Shown piece after piece: positions 57,444 to 64,000 of a stretch of 64,000 nt of DNA. The position numbers and the translations under genes are program-made. How positions within the stretch are numbered: position 1 is the stretch's first letter; every line of letters starts with the position of its first letter. Below the pieces are notes generated by a model. It saw only the letters and a list, made by a program, of their open reading frames with translations. It did no database searches and was not told where the DNA came from. This DNA is from a bacterium (GTDB taxonomy: Bacteria; Omnitrophota; Gorgyraeia; Zapsychrales; Zapsychraceae): assembly GCA_030429765.1 (NCBI GenBank), contig JAUIER010000010.1, positions 34,162 to 98,161 of the forward strand. The letters run 5' to 3'.

Positions 57444-58980
57444 CTGAATTTCCCCACCCGTCACGATCCAAACTGCGATACTGAATCGCTTCGGCAATAT
57501 GCTCGGATTTGATCTGATCAGACTCGGCCAGATCGGCAATCGTCCGGGCCAGCTTGAGGATTTTGTCATGCGCCCGGGCTGAAATATTCAAATGGTCAAT
57601 CGCTGTGTTGAGCAATTTCTGTCCGTCATCGTCCAGCCGGCAGAATGAGCGGATCTGCGCCGTCCACATATGGGCGTTGGTGCGCGGAAAAGAGTCGTTG
57701 AAGCGTTCAGATTGAACAGCGCGGGCCGCCATCGTTCGGACGCGAATCGTGTGCGATGATTCACCGGGGTTCATATTAGTCATATCTTTGAGTGACAGCG
57801 ACGGAACTTCCAGGTGAATGTCGATTCGGTCCATCAGCGGACCGGAAATCTTGGAGAGATACTTTTGGATTTGTTGCGGTGAACAATGACAGACTTTGTG
57901 TGGATTGCTGTAGTGTCCGCACGGACACGGGTTCATCGCGCACAAGAGGATAAATTTCGATGGAAAGGTCAGGGTCTGAGACGCGCGCGCGATGGTGACC
58001 TGCTGATTTTCCAGTGGTTGACGCAGTGATTCCAGCGCCCGACGGTTGAACTCCGGAAGCTCATCCATAAACAGAACGCCGTTGTGGCTGAGCGTGATTT
58101 CGCCCGGTCGCGGATTCGATCCCCCGCCGACCAACGCAACGGCCGATGTGGTGTGATGCGGCTGACGGAAGGGCGGATGGTTGATGATCTGCTGCGAATG
58201 TTTGAGGAATCCCATGATGGAGTGGATTTTGGTGGTCTCGAGCATTTCGTCAAAATTCATCGGCGGCAGAATGCCCGGAAAGCGTTGGGCCAGCATGCTC
58301 TTGCCGCTGCCAGGCGGTCCGATCATCAGGACATTGTGTCCGCCGGCCGCGGCGATTTCCAGGCCTCGCTTGGCGTGGGATTGTCCTTTGACATCGGCAA
58401 AGTCCGGTTGTTGAATTGGAGGCGATTTTAGGCGCTCGGAGGTGACCGGACGGATCGAATCAATAGAGCGCTCGGCGCTGAGCAGCTCAACAGCTTGATT
58501 GAGACAGTCCACCGCGTAGCTCGTCGTATTCTGGCAGAGCGCCACCTCATGCCGGTTGTCGGCGGGGACCACCAGGCCCCGGAAGCGATCAACGTCGACC
58601 GTCAGGGCGATGGGCAGGCATCCATTGACCGGCTTGACGGTTCCATCCAATGACAGTTCGCCTAGCCAGGCGTACGCGTCCAGATTGTCCATCGGGATCT
58701 GCTCGCTGGCGGCCAGGATGCCCAGCGCGATGGCCAGGTCAAAGGCCGCGCCTTCCTTTTTGGTCCGGGCGGGAGACAGATTGATCGTGACCCGTTTGAC
58801 CGGATATTTGTACCCGCTATTGCGGATGGCTGAACGGACGCGTTCTTTGCTTTCTTTGATGACGTTATCGGGCAATCCGACAATATGGGTGAGGGGGAGG
58901 CCGTTCTGGATGTCGATCTCGATCGTGACGACATAGCTGTCCAGGCCGATCAGAGCATAGCTGAATGATTGGGCTAACAT
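57433..58980 (-). CDS. comM: Mg-chelatase-like AAA+ ATPase YifB/ComM
   Basis: N-terminal Lon-like domain, Walker A GPPGSGKS, ChlI-type AAA core, C-terminal HTH. Confidence 0.9.
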   Translation of the reverse strand: MLAQSFSYALIGLDSYVVTIEIDIQNGLPLTHIVGLPDNVIKESKERVRSAIRNSGYKYPVKRVTINLSPARTKKEGAAFDLAIALGILAASEQIPMDNLDAYAWLGELSLDGTVKPVNGCLPIALTVDVDRFRGLVVPADNRHEVALCQNTTSYAVDCLNQAVELLSAERSIDSIRPVTSERLKSPPIQQPDFADVKGQSHAKRGLEIAAAGGHNVLMIGPPGSGKSMLAQRFPGILPPMNFDEMLETTKIHSIMGFLKHSQQIINHPPFRQPHHTTSAVALVGGGSNPRPGEITLSHNGVLFMDELPEFNRRALESLRQPLENQQVTIARASQTLTFPSKFILLCAMNPCPCGHYSNPHKVCHCSPQQIQKYLSKISGPLMDRIDIHLEVPSLSLKDMTNMNPGESSHTIRVRTMAARAVQSERFNDSFPRTNAHMWTAQIRSFCRLDDDGQKLLNTAIDHLNISARAHDKILKLARTIADLAESDQIKSEHIAEAIQYRSLDRDGWGNSVKN

Positions 58981-59172
58981 GGTGTCCTTTTGAGCAAAGA
59001 GGAAAGTACGAGTAAACAGGGGAGTTAGGTTGTTATTGAGGAAAATCGAGTGTTTTGAGGGGTAAAAAGCTTGCTTTTTCCAAGCCCTAGAATATAATAT
59101 AAGCTAACATAAACAGCGCATGGCGTCAATGTCGCGTGTACGCTTATTTCGGCAGAAATAAGTCTTCATTTC

Positions 59173-59619
59173 ATGAATTCTGTTTTTCACAATCAAATTT
59201 TGATGGTTACAGTGACCTCGTGGTTTATCGCTCAGGCGATCAAGGTTTCGATCGGGGTGGTACGGGAACGGAGATTTAATTTCAAATGGCTGATCGGAAC
59301 CGGCGGAATGCCGTCCAGTCACGCGGCCGGTGCGACAGCCCTGGCCACGGCGTGTGCTTTGCATTCAGGATTTCAATCCTCGGAATTTGCCTTGTCGATG
59401 GTTTTTGCTTTGGTAACGATGTTTGACGCTCAGGGTGTCCGGCGTTCGGCCGGTCAACAGGCGGCAATCCTCAATCAGATTATGGATGACATGTACTGGA
59501 AGGGTAAGTTGGAGAGCGATAAGCTCATGGAATTGATCGGACACACTCCGATGCAGGTGATCGTCGGCGGTTTGCTGGGCATGATCCTGGCGTCAACGTT
59601 TTATCACACATGGTATTAA
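59173..59619 (+). CDS. DUF212 (divergent PAP2 / acid phosphatase-haloperoxidase-related) membrane protein
   Basis: GGMPSSHAA and RR..G pattern. Confidence 0.65.
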   Translation: MNSVFHNQILMVTVTSWFIAQAIKVSIGVVRERRFNFKWLIGTGGMPSSHAAGATALATACALHSGFQSSEFALSMVFALVTMFDAQGVRRSAGQQAAILNQIMDDMYWKGKLESDKLMELIGHTPMQVIVGGLLGMILASTFYHTWY

Positions 59620-59646
59620 TCCTTAACGGTTTTCAGGAGGCACAAA

Positions 59647-60483
59647 GTGTTTAATCGTCGAAATATTCTTATAGTCGTTGTAGTCGTCGCCGTCCTGTTC
59701 GGCTTTATCTTTATGATGCGTGGCGACAAGCCCAGTGGACAGATCGCAGTGAACACCGTGGACGCGGCGTCACCGGATGATGACGCACCGCGCGAACTGC
59801 ACAAGCAAGCAAACGCATTGCGCAAAGATAATGAGTTGTTAAAGGCACGCGAGATTCTACGGACGGTTTACAACGACTACCCGGACTATCAGAATATTGA
59901 AATGGTCCAGGCTGAGCTCGAAGAACTGAATATGCAGATCATTTTCTCTAACACGCAGTCAGAGAATTCGGTGATACATGAAGTCGTCAAGGGTGACACC
60001 TTGGGTGAGCTGGCCAAGAAATATGGTACAACCATTGAACTGATCAAGCGCAATAATAATCTGAGCAGCGATGTGATCCGCATCGGTCAGAAATTGCGGA
60101 TTTGGACCGGTCAATTTAATATTTTTGTTGATAAATCGCAGAACATCCTTATTTTGAAAGAACGCGATAATATCGTCAAGGTTTACAATGTCTCGACGGG
60201 GAAGAACAGCAGCACGCCGGAGGGGCAGTTTAAGGTGACCAATAAACTCACAGACCCGGTATGGTTCAATAAGGGAGTTGTAGTTCCGCCGGAGAGTCCC
60301 GCGAATGTGTTGGGAACGCGCTGGCTGGGCTTTGATATTCCAGGATACGGCATTCATGGAACCGTGGAACCGGACCGCATCGGTGAGCAGGTAACCGCCG
60401 GTTGTGTCCGCATGCGGAACGCCGAAGTCGAAGAACTTTTTAGTATCATTCCGGTGGGAACCACCGTTGAGATCGTCAACTAA
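59647..60483 (+). CDS. LysM-domain L,D-transpeptidase (YkuD family)
   Basis: GTG start after AGGAGG; LysM (HEVVKGDTLGELAKKYG); catalytic HGT…GCVRM. Confidence 0.85.
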   Translation: MFNRRNILIVVVVVAVLFGFIFMMRGDKPSGQIAVNTVDAASPDDDAPRELHKQANALRKDNELLKAREILRTVYNDYPDYQNIEMVQAELEELNMQIIFSNTQSENSVIHEVVKGDTLGELAKKYGTTIELIKRNNNLSSDVIRIGQKLRIWTGQFNIFVDKSQNILILKERDNIVKVYNVSTGKNSSTPEGQFKVTNKLTDPVWFNKGVVVPPESPANVLGTRWLGFDIPGYGIHGTVEPDRIGEQVTAGCVRMRNAEVEELFSIIPVGTTVEIVN

Positions 60484-60567
60484 TACACTAAGGGAATCAC
60501 AGGTCTGAGGGATAGCGTGTCCGCGGACAAATCAGCGGACATGACGTGAGGCTTGTGACTTTTTCAT

Positions 60568-61524
60568 ATGAGCATACTAGACTTTGAAAAGCCGATTTAT
60601 GAACTCGAAGCCAAAATCGATGAGCTGAAGAATTTTGGTGATGATAAAAAGATTTCCATCGAACCTGAAATCAAAAAGCTTCAGGAAAAGCTGGAAAAAA
60701 TGAAGAAACAGATCTATTCCAACCTGTCGATCTGGCAACGTGTTCAGATCGCCCGCCATCCCGACCGTCCTTACACACTGGATTATATTCGAATGATCGC
60801 CACCGACTTTGTGGAGATTCACGGAGACCGTCTGTATTTCGATGATCTGGCCTTGATTGCTGGATTTGCCAAAATTGGCGATCAGAAAGTCATCATCCTG
60901 GGGCATCAGAAGGGGCGGGACACCAATGAAAATGTGAAACGGAATTTTGGCTGCGCTCATCCGGAAGGCTATCGAAAGGCTATCCGGGTGATGGAGCTCG
61001 CCGAGAAATTCCGGCTGCCGATTGTCGCGCTGATCGATACTCCGGGGGCGTATCCGGGGATCGGCGCTGAAGAGCGCGGGCAGGCGCAGGCCATTGCCGA
61101 GAATCTCAAGGATATGTCACGTCTGTCCACACCGGTGATCGCCACAATTATCGGCGAAGGCGGAAGCGGCGGCGCGATTGGTATTGGGGTCGCTGATCGG
61201 GTGCTGATTTTACAGCATGCGTACTATTCGGTTATCTCACCGGAAGGTTGCGCGTCGATTTTATGGCGGAACGCCGGTAAGGCGCCGCAGGCAGCCGAGG
61301 CGCTTAAGATTACCGGTGAACATCTGCTCGAGTTCGGTGTGGTTGACGAAGTTATCAAAGAGCCGATGGGCGGAGCTCACCGTGATGCGGTATATGTCGC
61401 CAAAAATCTCAAAGCCACGATCCTCAAGCATATCAAAGATTTGTCGACGTTGTCGACGCAGCAGTTGCTCGACGCGCGTTACGATAAATACCGCAAAATC
61501 GGTCAGTTCCAGGTCAAAAAATAA
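60568..61524 (+). CDS. accA: acetyl-CoA carboxylase carboxyltransferase alpha subunit
   Basis: Full-length AccA pattern (…IDTPGAYPGIGAEERGQ…IGEGGSGGA…). Confidence 0.95.
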   Translation: MSILDFEKPIYELEAKIDELKNFGDDKKISIEPEIKKLQEKLEKMKKQIYSNLSIWQRVQIARHPDRPYTLDYIRMIATDFVEIHGDRLYFDDLALIAGFAKIGDQKVIILGHQKGRDTNENVKRNFGCAHPEGYRKAIRVMELAEKFRLPIVALIDTPGAYPGIGAEERGQAQAIAENLKDMSRLSTPVIATIIGEGGSGGAIGIGVADRVLILQHAYYSVISPEGCASILWRNAGKAPQAAEALKITGEHLLEFGVVDEVIKEPMGGAHRDAVYVAKNLKATILKHIKDLSTLSTQQLLDARYDKYRKIGQFQVKK

Positions 61525-61528
61525 TCTG

Positions 61529-62566
61529 ATGACCGCGCCCGCCGACCGGGATATCCGGAACCTTTCCTTCGACGGATTGACCGAATACCTCACACAAATA
61601 GACGAAAAACCGTTCCGTGCTCAGCAGATTTTTGAATGGCTGTATCAAAAGCAAGTCACTGATTTTGACGGGATGAAAAATCTGTCCCGTGAATTGCGTC
61701 AGAAACTCGCCGAGCATTTCACCTTAAATCCACTCACTGTCGACAAGCATGAAGTTTCAAGTGACGGCACCGCCAAGTTTTTGTTTGAGCTTTCCGATAA
61801 AGAAAAGATCGAGACGGTGCTGATTCCCACACCGACCCGCACAACGGCGTGTATTTCGACGCAGGCAGGCTGTAAATTCGGTTGTCGGTTTTGCGCCAGC
61901 GGTATCGGCGGATGGAATCGGAATTTGACCTGCGCGGAAATCATCAGTCAGGTTCAGCACGTGCAGGCTGAGGCGCGAAATTTTGAACGTCCGTTATCGC
62001 ACATCGTCTTTATGGGGATCGGTGAGCCGATGGACAACTTTGAAAATCTGATGAAGGCGATCCGGCTGATCAACGACCATCGCGGGATCAATATCGGCGC
62101 CCGTCGGATTACCGTGTCGACCTGTGGTGTTGTTCCAAAGATTCTGGAATTAGGACAGCAAGGGATTCAGATCGAACTGGCAATCTCACTGCACGGATAC
62201 GACAATGAATCACGGAACGTCCTGATGCCGGTCAACAAACGCTATCCGTTTGATGATTTGATCGAGGCCTGTCGTAACTATCAGCAAAATTATCGACGGC
62301 AGATCACATTTGAGTATATTTTGATTAAGGATGTGACGTGTTCAGACGAAGCGATTCAGGCGCTGAAAAAGGCGTTCAAAGGATTGATCTGCAAGATGAA
62401 TTTAATTCCTTACAATCCGGTCAAGGAATTTGATCATCAAACCCCGTCGCGTACGGAAATGTTCCGTTTTCGGGGCCAGCTCCAAGATTTTGGTATCCAT
62501 GCCACCATCCGCACGCCCCGGGGCAAAGACATCAACAGCGCCTGCGGTCAGCTGCGGCATTCATAG
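61529..62566 (+). CDS. rlmN: 23S rRNA/tRNA m2A methyltransferase RlmN (radical SAM)
   Basis: CKFGCRFCASG radical-SAM cluster; RlmN N-terminal HhH; start chosen after accA stop (the track ORF begins upstream at 61217). Confidence 0.9.
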   Translation: MTAPADRDIRNLSFDGLTEYLTQIDEKPFRAQQIFEWLYQKQVTDFDGMKNLSRELRQKLAEHFTLNPLTVDKHEVSSDGTAKFLFELSDKEKIETVLIPTPTRTTACISTQAGCKFGCRFCASGIGGWNRNLTCAEIISQVQHVQAEARNFERPLSHIVFMGIGEPMDNFENLMKAIRLINDHRGINIGARRITVSTCGVVPKILELGQQGIQIELAISLHGYDNESRNVLMPVNKRYPFDDLIEACRNYQQNYRRQITFEYILIKDVTCSDEAIQALKKAFKGLICKMNLIPYNPVKEFDHQTPSRTEMFRFRGQLQDFGIHATIRTPRGKDINSACGQLRHS

Positions 62567-62661
62567 AAAAAGGTCAATGCTGAATTTGTGATTATCTGGC
62601 ATCAGAGTTGAAATGAGTTGTTCCGTAGGCTTCTAATCCTCGAGATAGATCGGATCCGTAT

Positions 62662-63984
62662 ATGAAAATCACCAATCAAGTCGCGCTTTACTTTGCTGTG
62701 CTCTTTGCGTTGATTCTCGTGGGAATGTTACTGATTGTTAACCGGATGAACGTCATGGATTCGGCTCATCATCAGGTCATTGAAGAGTGGGAGGAGCTCA
62801 AGACGGTCACGATGGTCATTAATGAGATTGACCGGCTTGGCGTGATTCTGACAACCGAAGGAGAGGAGAGTTTTCTCAATCAATTTGACCGCTCGTTTTT
62901 TGAAACGATGGTCAGCGAATTGGATATGATTCGGGCGTCATCCCTGAACGCGACCAACTTCGAGAACGACGACCACGCGCTAACGGAACGAAAAGAATTT
63001 TTTCAGCTGCATGAGAAGTTCAGGAATTTTCTCGAAGATGTCCAGATTATGAAAGAAAGTCGGGGTCTTTATATAGAGGGTGAAGTGGTTAATCAAATGA
63101 TCCGAAAGCTGGATGAACTTCGGGTATCCAGTCTGACCCTTCAGGATTTTTATATCGACGAAATGAAAGAGGCCTCGGATAAGGCCAATTTGACGCATAG
63201 GCAGGTGGTCGAACGTTCACGTGTATTCATGTTTCTTTTTATGTGTGTCCTACTAGCATTGTTTATCTGGTTTATTTCATTGACCAACCGGAATTCCAAG
63301 ATGCTGAGTGATCAGCAGCGCAATACCACCATAGGATTGTTGGCCCAGAGCCTTTCACATGAAATTCGGAATCCTTTGGGGATTATCAAATCATCGACAT
63401 CGGTGATCCGTGATAAACTGCCGGCTGATTCCGAGGAATATGAGATTGCCGGCTACCTGGGTGAAGAGGCGGATCGGATCAGCAGTTTAATCGATCAGTT
63501 GCGACAGCTGCAAACCTCAGAGGAAGGAGAGATGTCTGAGGTTAATGTTGTACAATTGCTCGAGCAGATCCGAAAGCTGGTTGTCGGGGTCAGTCAAAGA
63601 AAGCAGATCGTTATTGATTTTAAGTCGACGACGTCCGACTTACAGATAAAATGTCATCGCAATCAGATCAAGCAAGTATTAATTAACGTAATTTTAAATG
63701 CCATTGACGCTTCGGATGTGAATGGTAAAGTACAGGTTAATGCGTCATTGACCGGACATATGGTTTGTATTATTGTTCATAATCATGGAGGCTCTCTACG
63801 AAAAAGTGATTGGCCGCGGGTCTTTGATCCATTCTTTACTACCAAAGAGAACGGGTCAGGATTGGGGTTATATGTCGCCAAAAGCATAATTGACGGACAC
63901 AAGGGGTCGATCAATTTGGAATCTGACGAGATTAATGGGACAAGGGTGACGATCAAATTAAAACACTCGGGGCCAAAAGTATGA
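62662..63984 (+). CDS. sensor histidine kinase (membrane-anchored, NtrB/AtoS-like HisKA)
   Basis: H-box SHEIRNPLG; N/G boxes (NAIDAS, GSGLGLYVA). Confidence 0.85.
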   Translation: MKITNQVALYFAVLFALILVGMLLIVNRMNVMDSAHHQVIEEWEELKTVTMVINEIDRLGVILTTEGEESFLNQFDRSFFETMVSELDMIRASSLNATNFENDDHALTERKEFFQLHEKFRNFLEDVQIMKESRGLYIEGEVVNQMIRKLDELRVSSLTLQDFYIDEMKEASDKANLTHRQVVERSRVFMFLFMCVLLALFIWFISLTNRNSKMLSDQQRNTTIGLLAQSLSHEIRNPLGIIKSSTSVIRDKLPADSEEYEIAGYLGEEADRISSLIDQLRQLQTSEEGEMSEVNVVQLLEQIRKLVVGVSQRKQIVIDFKSTTSDLQIKCHRNQIKQVLINVILNAIDASDVNGKVQVNASLTGHMVCIIVHNHGGSLRKSDWPRVFDPFFTTKENGSGLGLYVAKSIIDGHKGSINLESDEINGTRVTIKLKHSGPKV

Positions 63985-64000
63985 CAACTGATGAAACACT
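63981..64000 (+). CDS. 5' end of downstream gene (probably cognate response regulator), truncated by window
   Basis: ATGA overlap with kinase stop; only MTTDETL visible. Confidence 0.25.

Noticed and set aside
61217-61528. 104-codon N-terminal extension of the rlmN ORF overlapping accA
   Set aside because: It is out-of-frame overlap with accA. The conserved RlmN N-terminus begins at the ATG at 61529, 5 nt after the accA stop.
1-64000. CRISPR arrays, restriction-modification, toxin-antitoxin pairs, helicase/nuclease defence cassettes, transposases or integrases
   Set aside because: No array of 28-37-bp repeats was seen. There are no Cas, methyltransferase/restriction or transposase/integrase signatures. 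The only toxin-antitoxin-like element is the orphan HicB-like ORF. The window looks like core chromosome rather than a mobile island.

Overview
This 64 kb window is chromosomal DNA from a Gram-negative-type bacterium. It encodes TolQ/ExbB-ExbD, AsmA/TamB-like proteins, a beta-barrel outer-membrane protein ending in Phe, and Sec/lipoprotein signal peptides. I call about 72 protein-coding genes, and all but three are on the + strand. I see no rRNA, tRNA, CRISPR arrays, transposases or integrases.

Recognisable housekeeping genes include ileS, yidD, cysS, accA, rlmN, ttcA, cmoA, cmoB and msrA. Others are a Ni-superoxide dismutase, cardiolipin synthase, HtrA, Hsp20, MscS, ComM/YifB, an OmpR/HK two-component pair and a second sensor kinase at the 3' edge.

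The unusual content is a set of envelope and redox modules of unclear function:
- an ExbB-ExbD-TPR cluster whose fourth gene pairs a TonB/TolA-like SxxxH membrane anchor with a von Willebrand A domain;
- a pentaheme c-type cytochrome immediately followed by a beta-barrel OMP, a porin-cytochrome-like arrangement, downstream of a YceI gene;
- a PilZ, GT2 glycosyltransferase and lipase-maturation-factor-family trio;
- an ATP-grasp ligase translationally coupled to an M20 amidohydrolase, downstream of a DUF2203 gene;
- a membrane protein made only of TM_helix repeats, behind a long leader with a 14-bp perfect palindrome and CA-rich repeats;
- a 300-nt intergenic region packed with perfect short hairpins and direct repeats that ends in a terminator;
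- an unannotated 54-codon HicB/UPF0150-like ORF next to a tandem zinc-ribbon protein;
- a NiSOD whose Ni-hook His is exposed by an ordinary signal-peptidase site, with no SodX peptidase adjacent.

No canonical defence system is evident (no restriction-modification, CRISPR, toxin-antitoxin pair, or helicase-nuclease cassette).
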